40,752 nucleotides of DNA, taken from positions 1 to 40,752 of the IMG/VR virus record IMGVR_UViG_3300025782_000027. One strand, written 5' to 3'. The notes below the pieces were generated by a model, which did no database searches, was not told the DNA's origin, and was given only the letters and a program-made list of their open reading frames with translations. This document shows, piece after piece, positions 28,101-37,475 of the stretch. Made by a program: the position numbers and the translations under genes. Every line of letters starts with the position of its first letter. The stretch's first letter is position 1. This DNA comes from a virus (Duplodnaviria; Caudoviricetes).

Positions 28101-31100
28101 AAACCAGATCAAATATACGATCAACTGGTAAACCTATATGGTAGACAGCCTAATTTGTCTGTCAGAAGTTCTGAAAGTGTATTGCATCAGGCTTATTCAA
28201 CACCAGCGCCCCTAGCTTACATTGCATCGAGGTTAGCAGGCATTAATCCAAACACAAAAGTTTACGAGCCCAGTGCTGGTAACGGTATGCTTTTGATTGG
28301 AGCTAATCAAGAAAACATTTATGCAAACGAGTTGCAACCTGGTCGTGCGGCTATTCTTGAGATGGTATTACCCAATGCCAATGTTACTGATTTCAATGCC
28401 GCTAAAACAATCCCAGGTGGAGCTGTTGATACAGGAACGATGGATGTTGTTATTGCCAATCCACCGTTTGGCGTAGTCAAAGACAAAGAAGGCAAGCCAA
28501 TTACGCACAATGCTCATTGGTATGACACTAGAGAAATAGACCATGCCATAGCATTTAGGTCTTTGCGTACCATGAAAGACAATGGTAAAGCCGTGCTTAT
28601 TGTTGGCGGCGTTATGGGCAAGACCGATGAAGCTCGCGTAGAGGATTATCGAGGTAAAGCTAAGCGAGATTTTTATGCAGAGCTTTATAGAAGATACAAC
28701 GTAGTAGATCACTTTACAGTTAGTGGAAATCTATATACGAAACAAGGTGCATCGTATCCAGTAGACGTTATTGTCATTGATGGCGTTAGGAATGGAGCGC
28801 CTTTGGTTAATGAAAAAGGTGAAATACAAACTGCAAGAGCATTGCCTGCCTTTGACTTGCCAAAGGTATACACAACATACGGTCAGTTAAAGGAGAAATT
28901 AGATGAAAACACCTTGGTATCCAGAGGGAATGAGCGCCCCAGTGGAGTTGACAGCGGTATACGCGCTGAAGGAAACGTTAACGAACAAGGAGTGGCTGGA
29001 GGCGTTAGCGGACAGGGTGTCCAACCTAGCACAACAGGAGGAGAAACCCCTGGAGGCGGCGAACAGGGCGTGTCAGAAAATGGACCTTCCACAGGTGGAC
29101 AACCCGAATCAACTGGGGCAGTCGCTGGTAACGCACAACCTAAACCTGGTAACGCACCTGAACCTGGCGCAGGAGGAGAAGCAGTTCCCAGCAAAGGTGA
29201 AGTCAAACCTACAGGCGGCAAAGGCACTGAGGGAAACAAGCCTGGAGGATTGGGTGGAGTCAGCGTTGTCTCTGGTGAACGCATCGGATCTGGCCTAAAA
29301 GACCGAGCTGGACAAGAAACAGAAACAGAAAACCAAGTTGGTTACGCACCGCACTCTAATGCCTCATCTGTAGGCACATTGGTTCCTAAAGCGATGGCAC
29401 AGGCTATTGAGAACTCATTAGCTAGTTTAGAACAGCAATACGGAAACATTGATGATTTTGTATCTGAAAACCTTGAAATGGATCCAGAGACGCTTAGAGA
29501 GTTATTCTCTGCTGAACAAATAGATGCAATTGCTTTGGCTATCAAGAATGCCGAAGAGGGTAAAGGGTTCATTATTGGAGATCAAACGGGTGTTGGTAAA
29601 GGCCGTGTTGTTGCGGCAATGATTAAGTACGCTTTGATCAAAGACAAAATACCAATCTTTGTAACTGAGAAACCTAATCTTTATTCAGACATGATTAGAG
29701 ATTTGGACGATATTGGTATGACAGATAAATTGGGATTAGACACAGCTAAGCCCAAAATTCTTATTACAAATGCCAGTGAAAAGATTCCTTATACATTACT
29801 CAGAAATGTAAAAGGTGAAATTACTGAAAACAATTTAACTTTAAAAGCGCCCAAGTCTGGTCCTGCATTAGATGGTCTTTTGAAGGATATGCAAAGGGAT
29901 GAAAGTCTTGGCGATTACAAAGTAATTTTTACAACATATAGTCAATTACAAACCGTCAAGGGCAAAGAAACTGAGCGTCAGCGTTTTATAAAAAACTTTG
30001 GTGCTGGTAATTACATGATCTTTGATGAGAGTCACAACGCTGGTGGGGCTGGTGAAACTCAAGCAAGATCAAAAGAACAAAGAGAAAGAGCTAAAGAAGG
30101 CAAGAGCTTGGTGGAGGGAAGAGCCGCTTTTGTCCGCAACTTGGTGCAAGGTGCTTACGGTACATTCTTCTCATCTGCAACATATGCAAAGCGTCCAGAT
30201 GTTATGGATTTGTATTCCAGCACTGATATGAGTCTTGCTGTAGATAAGTTGGCAGACCTGGCAGACGCAATTAAAAACGGTGGTATTCCTATGCAACAGA
30301 CCGTTGCTAAGATGCTGACCGAAGTTGGTCAATACATTAGACGTGAGCGTACATTTGCAGGCGTTTCTTACGATACAAAAGAAACCAAAGTAGATAAACA
30401 AACGGCTGAAAACATGGCATCGTCCATGAGCCAGGTGCTTGCATTCTCAAGAGCCAAAGAAAGTGCGGTTAAAGATTTACAGAAATCCCTTGATAAACAA
30501 GGCGGTAGAGCAAGCATCGAGGGCGAGAAAACCCAAGTACAGAGCGCAAACTTTGGCGCAATCATGCACAACTTGATTGACCAAATGCTTTTATCGCTAA
30601 AGGCAAAGGATTCAGTCAACCATGCAATTGAGCGCTTAAAGGCTGGCGAGAAAGTGGTGATGACCGTATCTAATACGATGGGTTCATTCCTGCAAACTTA
30701 TGCAGACGATATGGGTCTAAACGTAGGGGATGACGTTGACCTATCATTTAAGGACTTGTACTTGCGCTACCTTGAAAAACAGCGCATGGTTACGATCAAA
30801 ACTCCAGACGGCAAGAAAAAGCAATATCGTTTAACCGATAACGATCTTGGCGCTGGACTTACAAAGCAATTTGAAGACATTAAAAAGTTTATTGAAGGAG
30901 CTGGATTTGGTTCTGCACCAATATCTCCTATTGATTATTTACATAATGAACTTAAAAAAGCAGGATTTAAAACTGAAGAAATTACAGGCCGTACTGTTAC
31001 TTTAGACTATGCCAATGGCAAGCCTAAGTTAGCAAGCAGAACTGCAAATATCAAGCAACGTGTTAATGCAGTTAAAGCATTTAACAATGGAACGGCTGAC

Positions 31101-34100
31101 GTTATTATTCTTAACCAAGCTGGTTCAACAGGATTGTCTTTACACGCTTCTAGCAAGTTTAAAGACCAGCGCAAGCGCCATATGATCATTGTTCAGGCTG
31201 AAAAAAATATTGATACGCATATGCAAATGTTGGGGCGCGTACACCGTACAGGTCAAATCATGCCTCCAGCATACTCCCAGATGATGGCTGATATTCCTGC
31301 TGAGATGCGTCCAGCGGCTGTGTTACTTAAGAAAATGGCATCACTCAATGCCAATACAACTGCATCTCGCAAGTCTGCCGTATCTGCGGAAGGTGCTGTA
31401 GACTTTATCAATGATTACGGAGGTCAAGTTGCACAAGAGTATTTAAGGGATAACCCTGATATACACGAAGCAATTGGCGGTAAGAAGATCGTTGATTTGA
31501 CAGAAGACCCAACAGAAGGGACAGAAGATGATATTCGTAGGCTCACAGGATATATACCAATATTGCCAATCAAGCAACAAGAAGAAGTCTACAAAGACAT
31601 TATCGAGCGATACAACGACTTGTTGCAACGAGAAGAAAGTATGGGTACTAATAAGCTCGAAGCCAAAGCACATGACCTGGATGCCAAGACACTTTCATCT
31701 AAGCCTATTACCGAAGACAAAGGATCAAGTTCTGCCTTTGCTCAACCAGCAAACATGGAAAAGGTTGATGTTAAACGCACAATAAAACCTTACTCTAAAG
31801 CAGAGGTGCAAGAACAGATTGATGAGAACTTGGGTGGCAAGGAGCCAGAAGAGAAAGCCAAGGAAATGTTTGCCAGTTTAACTCCTAGAGCTAGTGAGTT
31901 TGGTAGGCAAAGATTGGCAGAGCTTGCAGAAAGCGGCGCTGATCCTACGAAGATTGAAGAAGTCAAAGGACAGATGAATCTTCAATACGGGAACATTAGA
32001 AGTATTTTGACTACTTATCCTATTGGCACGCCATTAATTCTTAAAAGTAAGAACGGTACGCTTATTTCTGGCGTTGTAACTAACGTAGAAAACAAGGGTA
32101 AGACTAAGAATCCATTGGCTGGTTCTGATTGGAAGATGCAAGTTGCGCTTGCTAACGGCGATGCAAAGAGCATTTCAATCAACTTCTCCCAGGTCAACAG
32201 CGTGTATGAGCTCAGGCAAGAGTCTGAAGTGCCGTGGCATAACCCTGAGACAGACAAGTACGAACATATCCCTATGATGGATTTGTTTGACAAGAGCGCA
32301 ACTGTTAGGCGTGAGAAACGTTGGATGGTAACTGGCAACTTGTTGGCGGGCTTTGCGGCTGTCAACAACATGGGTCAGATCATGTCCTACACCAAGGACG
32401 ATGGCACAACAGGCCAGGGTATATTAATGCCCCGCACGTTTGACTTTGAGAAAGAAGAGAAGAGAGCCCCAGTTAAGCTTAACACTTTGCAGAAGGTGCA
32501 AGTATTTTTTGATGAATTTCAAAACGGAATTGTTCAAACCGAAGATGGCTCATTAAAAATATCTAAGCGTGGTGAAAGATACCAATTTATTACTTCAAAA
32601 TCAAAGAGAGAAGGTGGCCAATATTATTTAGATTTAGGACTGACAAATTTTATTACTTCAAAATCAAAGAGAGAAGGTGGCCAATATTATTTAGATTTAG
32701 GACTGACAAATTTTACTGGCACTTTCCATTCGTCTGGTCAACAAATGAATGCAGTCATCTATGACCAAGAAAAAGGAAGAGATGCAATTAAATATATTTT
32801 GCACGATATGCAACTGGGATTGGTTGCGGGCAATTACAAAGATGAAGCTAGAGCACTCTTTGCACCCAAGGAAGAGTTCAAGCCGCCTTTGAGTAACTTG
32901 AGTCCTATCAACAACTTTATAGGTGACAGAGAGCAAAACATCAAAGAGTTGCAGGCCGCTAAACTTAAGAAAGCCGCACTCTTTAAAAAGTTTGCTGAAG
33001 GAAAGGCTGGGTTAGTAGAGCAAGAATCAGCTAATTTGATTAATGCCTGGGTGCGTGCATTACAAGAAACAATCTCGGCTACCAAGCCAGAGAAGAAAAG
33101 CGCTAAAGATTTCTTTGTAAAAGCAACCAAAGACTGGGGCGAAGGAAAGATCAGCGATTCTGTTTACTCAACCATAAAAACTTTGTATGAAAAGTATCCT
33201 TTTGTTCTTGAAGGACTGTCATTGTCTATCAATAAGGGCAAGGAAGACAAATCAGCGGCGGGTGAGTTTGAGCCTATTCAACGAGTCATAAACTTATTTA
33301 AGGGCACTCATGGCGTTACCGATTCAGTAACTATCCGTCACGAACTTACGCACTCATTAGAACAAATGATGGATAAGGATGCGTCTAAGTCTTTGGTTAA
33401 AGAATGGGGTATACAAGTCAAAGCCAAGATGAAATCTGACAAGACCAAAGAAGGAAAAGCATTCTTTAAGGCTTTAACAGATTTCTATGCTGATCCATCT
33501 TTAGAACAATACAACGCATTAATTGCGGCTTTGCCTGACCAATCCTATTACCAGTATGTTAACCCGTCCGAATATTGGGCTGTTAATGCTGAGCAACTAT
33601 TGGCTAAAAAGCTAGGTAGTGGCTGGGATAGATTCAAGTTAGCAATTAGAAAGTTATATGAAGGGCTTAAATCTCTCGTTGGCGCAACCAATCAATATGC
33701 TTTGCATAAAGTGTTTGATGACATTATGAGTGCAAAAGGCACTCGTATGACGAATAGTGCTTTACGGGATTATGTTGACGCTAGTACGATGGCGCTTCAG
33801 AACAAAAACTTCAGGAACTTTAAAGGAGCTCCAGCGCCCAAAGCAACATGGGATGTATCTGAGCCGTTTAAAGAAGGTGATTGGGAGCACAGACTTGTAG
33901 ATAAACATCTTGATACCAAACAAATAGTTAAAGATATTAATAACCAAGTTGGACAAATACAAGATGCTTGGGACCCATATCTTAAGTTAACTACGATGCC
34001 AGGTCGTAAGGCTGATCAGGTTAACAAGTTCTTAAAAGAAGAGGGCAAACCTTTAATTAAGAAAATGCACGACTTGGGCGTGACTGTTGAAGAGTTTGAA

Positions 34101-36515
34101 GAGTACTTGCACAACCGTCATGCAGAAGAGTACAACAATCTGATTGCATCTCGCAATGCCGCTTTGCCTGATGGTGGTTCTGGTATTGACACCAAAGATG
34201 CGCATGATTACTTAAATAATTTGCCTGCTGATAAGAAGAAAAAGTATCAGGACTTGGCTAAAGATATAGACAACATCGTTAAAGAAACGCAAGACCTATT
34301 GGTAGCAAGCGGTACTGAAAAGGCTGAGACTATCCAGGGCTGGCGCGATAAGATGCCCTACTATGTCCCACTCAACAGGGATGAGGAGGAGCTAGACTTT
34401 GCTGGAAATTCTGTAAAAGGATTTGGCAAGGGCATTAGTACTGGCGGGGCATTTACCAGGGCGGGTACAGGATCAACCAAGACTGTTGTTGATATTTTGA
34501 ATAATATCTTCCTCCAGCGTGAGCGTGCAATCAACAGGGCTGAGAATGCTCGCGTTGGTAAGGCGCTTATTGGTTTGGCACTACAAGCACCCAATACGGA
34601 TTTCTGGTTGCCTATTAATCCAAGAGCCATCCGCAATAAGAAAAAGCTGTATCAGAACCTGATTGATATGGGTTTAACGCAACAAGATGCAGATAACTTT
34701 ATCAAAGAGCCTACTGTAGCCAGCATAGACAAGCTGACAGGCCAGGTTCAATATAGAGTCAATCCAGTACTCAGAGGGTCTAAGAACGTTATTACAGTAC
34801 GCGTAAACGGCGAAGACTGGTATGTGTTCTTTAACCCTGGTAATGAGCGTGCTATGCGTATGGCAGAAGCGCTTAAGAACATGGATAGCAGTTCGGTGGC
34901 TGAAGTGCTTAGCAGGGTTGCAGAGGTAACTCGCACAATGGCGGCAATGAATACGCAGTACAACCCGCTGTTTGGTCCTTGGAACTTATTGCGTGATTAC
35001 ACAGAAGCCAGTATTACGCTTGGTTCAACTCCAATTGCAGGCAAAAACGAAGAGCTTAGAAAAGGCGTTTTACCTGCAATGCGTGCCATTTACAGAATAG
35101 GCAGAGAAAAAGGAGCCACAACTCCTGAAATGCAAGCATGGATGGATTTATTTGATAAATACAAAGAGGCTGGTGGTCTGACAGGATTCCGTCAACAGTT
35201 CAGCGGATCAAATAAGAGAGAAGCTATTGTTGATCGAGAGCTTGCAGTATTAGATAAAAGCAATGTACGCAAAGTAACTAGCAGTGTTATGGACTGGCTA
35301 TCAGACTATAACGAAGCGCTTGAAAACGCTGTACGTTTGTCGGCATTCAAAGTTGCTTTAGATCAAGGCATTAGCGAGGAAAGAGCCGCCGAGATTGGTA
35401 AAGAAATAACTGTTAACTTTGATCGTAAGGGTCAATGGTCTGCAAACTTTGCGGCGTTGTTTGCGTTCTTTAACGGTAGCGTACAAGGCACTGCAAAGAT
35501 GGCCAGGGTCATGATCGAAAAAGAAAATGGCAAAACAAAACTCACCAAGTTGGGAGCAAAGATTGTTGCTGGCGGTGTGTTCTTGGGTGTTATGCAAGCT
35601 ATTGTTTTGAAGATGGCTGGGTTTGATGAAGATGAGCCGCCAGAGTATTTGAAGAACAAGAGCCTTATTATTCCAATTGGTGGTGGTAAATATTTAAATC
35701 CCCCACTGCCACTAGGTTACAGTGTGTTCCCAAGTGTTGGGCGCATCATTGCTGAATATATGTTGTCGGGCGGTAAAGACCCTGCTAAGCATATTATTAG
35801 TATTATGAGTACTATTACAGATGCGTTTAATCCATTGGGTGGTGGTGGCTTTATCCAAAACTTTAGTCCAACCGTGGTAGACCCATTGTTTGGCTTATAC
35901 GAAAACAAAGATGCGTTTGGAAGGCCAATATCTAAGCCTATGAATGAAATGAAGCCTACACCTGGGTATGAGCGTAATCGTGAATCGGCCAGCGCATTCA
36001 GTAAAGGTCTTTCATATGCGTTGAACTATATCAGCGGTGGCGGTAAATACGGCATCGGTATGGTTAGCCCAACAGCGGATCAGCTTGATTATTTAATGGG
36101 TCAATACGCAGGCGGTGTTGGACGTGAGGTGATGAAGACCGTGGACTTGGCATCTATACCATTTAAAGATGAGCCAGTCCCGTCTTACAGGATTCCTATT
36201 GTTGGAAAACTTTACGGTGAATCAAAATCAGATGCGGCAGTACAAGATAAGTTCTATAAGAATATTATCCAAATGTCCAAGTATGAGGATGTAATCAACC
36301 GTATGCAAACACATAACGCCGATCCTGAAATCTTCTTTACTAAGAATCCTAAAGCCAGATTCTATGAAGAGGCTAACAAGTATGAGAATGAAGTTAAGAA
36401 ACTTGCTATTGAAAGAAAACAGTTGATTATGAACAAGGCAAGCAAGGAAGAGCTAAAAGCCAATCAAATGCAAAAGATTGAATTGATGAAAGAATTTAAC
36501 CAACAAGTTAGGTAA
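25188..36515 (+). CDS. Giant polyvalent protein (DarB-like): N6-adenine MTase, Strawberry-notch SF2 helicase, zincin-like HExxH, LPD38-like C-terminus
   Basis: EPSAGNG (~28266) and NPPF (~28458); GDQTGVGKGR (~29577), DESH (~30024), SAT, AGSTGLSLHA and QMLGRVHRTGQ; HELTH (~33339); TVNFDRKG...FFNGSVQG...NKDAFGRPI. Confidence 0.85.
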   Translation: MDVRMPDGTLVRGVPDDITQTELLRRYSLFKAPSEATPEESRKYVNNQLGLAGLANAGRGPINPNEEDIQGIIAQNQQPAVQQVAPPAPPVAQAPIVPTPVQQVAPPEPQQEQPWYSGIAKFGQDQQKKRDQLAKSAVPLAQDVGAAIAATPLAFEAGAQALSQGADPSALTGDAWKHDFIAEQRALAKKNAENPELKNEYLLGVDRAKIRNLPQNAAFSVLSMGSGLAGAAVGFVTPLPLATEAGTMAASGAAAYRMDTNGFLRDIREKLDDASIKATGKPLTDEQWLKTAQEYQGLVREHGAWEALPEALGNVFGNKLAGVIFKEAGQGLMGVLKSFGAGALELVNELGTETITQIGQHNTELAAGVNDDPNAKPRSFTNPDDIWKSAKEVAPDVLLLTGAMSGGAHVAGSIYNSTDYAKTKELAKELNAKDFLDTKTPEGLLALQKAADQQFALGPGTSNNVIPQVTTRTPGINPNQPPEPPEEEQAPEVPTATSTPPAAPTTRAKTLPVDEDTQAMLDELQGKPAKPKTPTADINEKNLKGRFDGIFSGKDFSSGEEGEAWYHPKTNKLTTEGVDGTPVQHYAGDKTATGLTNVTPINTPEEAKAAIDAGKSFATVQEGTDPFKPVETKPVKTKPSGKKPVQNKDNPIQTFDAGNNTEVRVFPNDKGYIANFYDKDSGNYIGGKIFPTNNFGDQALPKALEFAQVESDKSKKMAGEAPPENVTTRIRDQIKNSEIGQNQQVTPEVQQVAPTEVQANPASTVQPSADVPLDEKAKAKQDLEDALGDLSLLMGKGGRLNIVPEDEQKLMPILTKLMDAAFRMGYIKFKEAAKFVMDMIRSKIGKDVADQVSLDHLQGAYIGMAGKYQDKGADNKKDVISVESLHEIHNEAPTTTDVDINTPQGQFHVATQIGAFFLEGGKFENINQARAKIEEITGQKIPPGTNEAKSADEAIEVGVVLAARHIVGQGGKPDQIYDQLVNLYGRQPNLSVRSSESVLHQAYSTPAPLAYIASRLAGINPNTKVYEPSAGNGMLLIGANQENIYANELQPGRAAILEMVLPNANVTDFNAAKTIPGGAVDTGTMDVVIANPPFGVVKDKEGKPITHNAHWYDTREIDHAIAFRSLRTMKDNGKAVLIVGGVMGKTDEARVEDYRGKAKRDFYAELYRRYNVVDHFTVSGNLYTKQGASYPVDVIVIDGVRNGAPLVNEKGEIQTARALPAFDLPKVYTTYGQLKEKLDENTLVSRGNERPSGVDSGIRAEGNVNEQGVAGGVSGQGVQPSTTGGETPGGGEQGVSENGPSTGGQPESTGAVAGNAQPKPGNAPEPGAGGEAVPSKGEVKPTGGKGTEGNKPGGLGGVSVVSGERIGSGLKDRAGQETETENQVGYAPHSNASSVGTLVPKAMAQAIENSLASLEQQYGNIDDFVSENLEMDPETLRELFSAEQIDAIALAIKNAEEGKGFIIGDQTGVGKGRVVAAMIKYALIKDKIPIFVTEKPNLYSDMIRDLDDIGMTDKLGLDTAKPKILITNASEKIPYTLLRNVKGEITENNLTLKAPKSGPALDGLLKDMQRDESLGDYKVIFTTYSQLQTVKGKETERQRFIKNFGAGNYMIFDESHNAGGAGETQARSKEQRERAKEGKSLVEGRAAFVRNLVQGAYGTFFSSATYAKRPDVMDLYSSTDMSLAVDKLADLADAIKNGGIPMQQTVAKMLTEVGQYIRRERTFAGVSYDTKETKVDKQTAENMASSMSQVLAFSRAKESAVKDLQKSLDKQGGRASIEGEKTQVQSANFGAIMHNLIDQMLLSLKAKDSVNHAIERLKAGEKVVMTVSNTMGSFLQTYADDMGLNVGDDVDLSFKDLYLRYLEKQRMVTIKTPDGKKKQYRLTDNDLGAGLTKQFEDIKKFIEGAGFGSAPISPIDYLHNELKKAGFKTEEITGRTVTLDYANGKPKLASRTANIKQRVNAVKAFNNGTADVIILNQAGSTGLSLHASSKFKDQRKRHMIIVQAEKNIDTHMQMLGRVHRTGQIMPPAYSQMMADIPAEMRPAAVLLKKMASLNANTTASRKSAVSAEGAVDFINDYGGQVAQEYLRDNPDIHEAIGGKKIVDLTEDPTEGTEDDIRRLTGYIPILPIKQQEEVYKDIIERYNDLLQREESMGTNKLEAKAHDLDAKTLSSKPITEDKGSSSAFAQPANMEKVDVKRTIKPYSKAEVQEQIDENLGGKEPEEKAKEMFASLTPRASEFGRQRLAELAESGADPTKIEEVKGQMNLQYGNIRSILTTYPIGTPLILKSKNGTLISGVVTNVENKGKTKNPLAGSDWKMQVALANGDAKSISINFSQVNSVYELRQESEVPWHNPETDKYEHIPMMDLFDKSATVRREKRWMVTGNLLAGFAAVNNMGQIMSYTKDDGTTGQGILMPRTFDFEKEEKRAPVKLNTLQKVQVFFDEFQNGIVQTEDGSLKISKRGERYQFITSKSKREGGQYYLDLGLTNFITSKSKREGGQYYLDLGLTNFTGTFHSSGQQMNAVIYDQEKGRDAIKYILHDMQLGLVAGNYKDEARALFAPKEEFKPPLSNLSPINNFIGDREQNIKELQAAKLKKAALFKKFAEGKAGLVEQESANLINAWVRALQETISATKPEKKSAKDFFVKATKDWGEGKISDSVYSTIKTLYEKYPFVLEGLSLSINKGKEDKSAAGEFEPIQRVINLFKGTHGVTDSVTIRHELTHSLEQMMDKDASKSLVKEWGIQVKAKMKSDKTKEGKAFFKALTDFYADPSLEQYNALIAALPDQSYYQYVNPSEYWAVNAEQLLAKKLGSGWDRFKLAIRKLYEGLKSLVGATNQYALHKVFDDIMSAKGTRMTNSALRDYVDASTMALQNKNFRNFKGAPAPKATWDVSEPFKEGDWEHRLVDKHLDTKQIVKDINNQVGQIQDAWDPYLKLTTMPGRKADQVNKFLKEEGKPLIKKMHDLGVTVEEFEEYLHNRHAEEYNNLIASRNAALPDGGSGIDTKDAHDYLNNLPADKKKKYQDLAKDIDNIVKETQDLLVASGTEKAETIQGWRDKMPYYVPLNRDEEELDFAGNSVKGFGKGISTGGAFTRAGTGSTKTVVDILNNIFLQRERAINRAENARVGKALIGLALQAPNTDFWLPINPRAIRNKKKLYQNLIDMGLTQQDADNFIKEPTVASIDKLTGQVQYRVNPVLRGSKNVITVRVNGEDWYVFFNPGNERAMRMAEALKNMDSSSVAEVLSRVAEVTRTMAAMNTQYNPLFGPWNLLRDYTEASITLGSTPIAGKNEELRKGVLPAMRAIYRIGREKGATTPEMQAWMDLFDKYKEAGGLTGFRQQFSGSNKREAIVDRELAVLDKSNVRKVTSSVMDWLSDYNEALENAVRLSAFKVALDQGISEERAAEIGKEITVNFDRKGQWSANFAALFAFFNGSVQGTAKMARVMIEKENGKTKLTKLGAKIVAGGVFLGVMQAIVLKMAGFDEDEPPEYLKNKSLIIPIGGGKYLNPPLPLGYSVFPSVGRIIAEYMLSGGKDPAKHIISIMSTITDAFNPLGGGGFIQNFSPTVVDPLFGLYENKDAFGRPISKPMNEMKPTPGYERNRESASAFSKGLSYALNYISGGGKYGIGMVSPTADQLDYLMGQYAGGVGREVMKTVDLASIPFKDEPVPSYRIPIVGKLYGESKSDAAVQDKFYKNIIQMSKYEDVINRMQTHNADPEIFFTKNPKARFYEEANKYENEVKKLAIERKQLIMNKASKEELKANQMQKIELMKEFNQQVR
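25428..25443. repeat. 16-bp palindrome, perfect copy
   Basis: Read directly from the sequence. Confidence 0.95.
25488..25503. repeat. 16-bp palindrome, perfect copy, 60 bp after the previous one
   Basis: Read directly from the sequence. Confidence 0.95.
27432..27447. repeat. 16-bp palindrome, perfect copy
   Basis: Read directly from the sequence. Confidence 0.95.
28903..29298 (+). CDS. Overprinted 131-aa gene nested out of frame in the giant gene
   Basis: AAGGAG ends 7 nt before the ATG; amphipathic helical product; coincides with a Gly-rich linker in the host frame. Confidence 0.65.
   Translation: MKTPWYPEGMSAPVELTAVYALKETLTNKEWLEALADRVSNLAQQEEKPLEAANRACQKMDLPQVDNPNQLGQSLVTHNLNLVTHLNLAQEEKQFPAKVKSNLQAAKALRETSLEDWVESALSLVNASDLA
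32586..32711 (+). repeat. Perfect 63-bp in-frame tandem duplication
   Basis: FITSKSKREGGQYYLDLGLTN encoded twice with identical DNA. Confidence 0.95.
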
Positions 36516-36795
36516 CGACAATAATTTCTCTTTGGAAGAATTCGCCGATAGTTTTGCGGTGGGCTTCTTCCCAAAGTTCTTTCCTCATTTCCTTTGTAAG
36601 ATTAGCCCCTTGGTCTATTGCGCTATGACAAGTAAAGCATAAAGCCGCAACACGGAAATCGTGAGCTTTCAGTCCGCGTCCTTTGCCATCTCGAAGTTGA
36701 TTGGAATGCGCCGCTACTACAGTGCCGTCCTCTCGCCCACATTGTTGGCAGGGTAGCTGACGGCAAGCTTCCAGTAGTTTCTTATTCCTGTACAT
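36508..36795 (-). CDS. DUF1364/YbcO-like zinc-binding putative nuclease
   Basis: MYRNKKLL, PCQQCG...VVAAHSN...GKGRGLKAHD...LCFTCH. Confidence 0.75.
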   Translation of the reverse strand: MYRNKKLLEACRQLPCQQCGREDGTVVAAHSNQLRDGKGRGLKAHDFRVAALCFTCHSAIDQGANLTKEMRKELWEEAHRKTIGEFFQREIIVVT

Positions 36796-37000
36796 TCTTC
36801 TTCCTTTTCTTAAGTGCAACTATGCCTTGTTCTGGTGGATCTAATTCATTGAGCAGGGCATCGGCAAGCCTGACGCACCTTTGTGCAACAAGTTGCACTT
36901 CCTTGTTAGAGAATTCTTCATTGTCGCTGGCTGAATAGTAGGCCAGTCTGCTAAGGGCAAACATGGCCGCTAGTGCTCTAAAGTTTTCGCGATCTTCCAT
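36782..37000 (-). CDS. Hypothetical phage protein
   Basis: R...AAMFAL...A..CV.LADALL.EL pattern; coupled to neighbours. Confidence 0.65.
   Translation of the reverse strand: MEDRENFRALAAMFALSRLAYYSASDNEEFSNKEVQLVAQRCVRLADALLNELDPPEQGIVALKKRKKNVQE
36883..36898. repeat. 16-bp palindrome, perfect copy (read as VQLVA in a - strand gene)
   Basis: Read directly from the sequence. Confidence 0.95.
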
Positions 37001-37203
37001 TAATGCCCCTTATCTTTAACCATTGCCAAAGTGTCCTGGTAGACGTTTTGGATGAGCTTTATGGCATCTTCTTCGGGCACGCCCATATGGATGCCAGTCG
37101 TAGCAAATAACCCAGCAAAGGCCAGGAAAGCCTCTATTGGGTCATTCTCTAATATTTCCTCCAAAGACCGTGCAACAAAGTGTCCAATTTGTTGTGCTTT
37201 CAT
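37000..37203 (-). CDS. Hypothetical protein
   Basis: ATGA-type coupling gives start MKAQQIGH. Confidence 0.6.
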   Translation of the reverse strand: MKAQQIGHFVARSLEEILENDPIEAFLAFAGLFATTGIHMGVPEEDAIKLIQNVYQDTLAMVKDKGH

Positions 37204-37475
37204 AAGTCTAACTCCGCTATTTGTCGCATGATGAGCTCGTTGAGCTTGCAACCTTTGATGGATATATCTTGTAGGTCTTTGGACTTTTTAACGACTTTGA
37301 CGGCATCTCTGATACCTTTGGAGTAGCCAGATTTGTATTCGTCTTTGCCGTCAATAATCATGCAGATGGCATCTCGCACCATGCTGGAAGCTAGTCTTTG
37401 TTTGGCTAGTTCCTTGATCTTGTCGTAGTACTCTTCGGGAAGATACACGCTGTACGGTATCATTTTTTCACTCAT
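37200..37475 (-). CDS. Putative ribbon-helix-helix DNA-binding protein
   Basis: IPYSVYLPEEYYDKIKELA...ASSMVRDAI strand-helix-helix pattern. Confidence 0.6.
   Translation of the reverse strand: MSEKMIPYSVYLPEEYYDKIKELAKQRLASSMVRDAICMIIDGKDEYKSGYSKGIRDAVKVVKKSKDLQDISIKGCKLNELIMRQIAELDL

Noticed and set aside
28883-29284. 133-aa Pro-rich - strand ORF over the linker
   Set aside because: Antisense shadow of Gly codons; the + strand nested ORF has the RBS and protein-like composition
25188-36515. Tape measure protein or virion RNA polymerase
   Set aside because: Sequence has MTase and SF2 helicase motifs; no tape-measure periodicity or recognisable RNAP catalytic motifs
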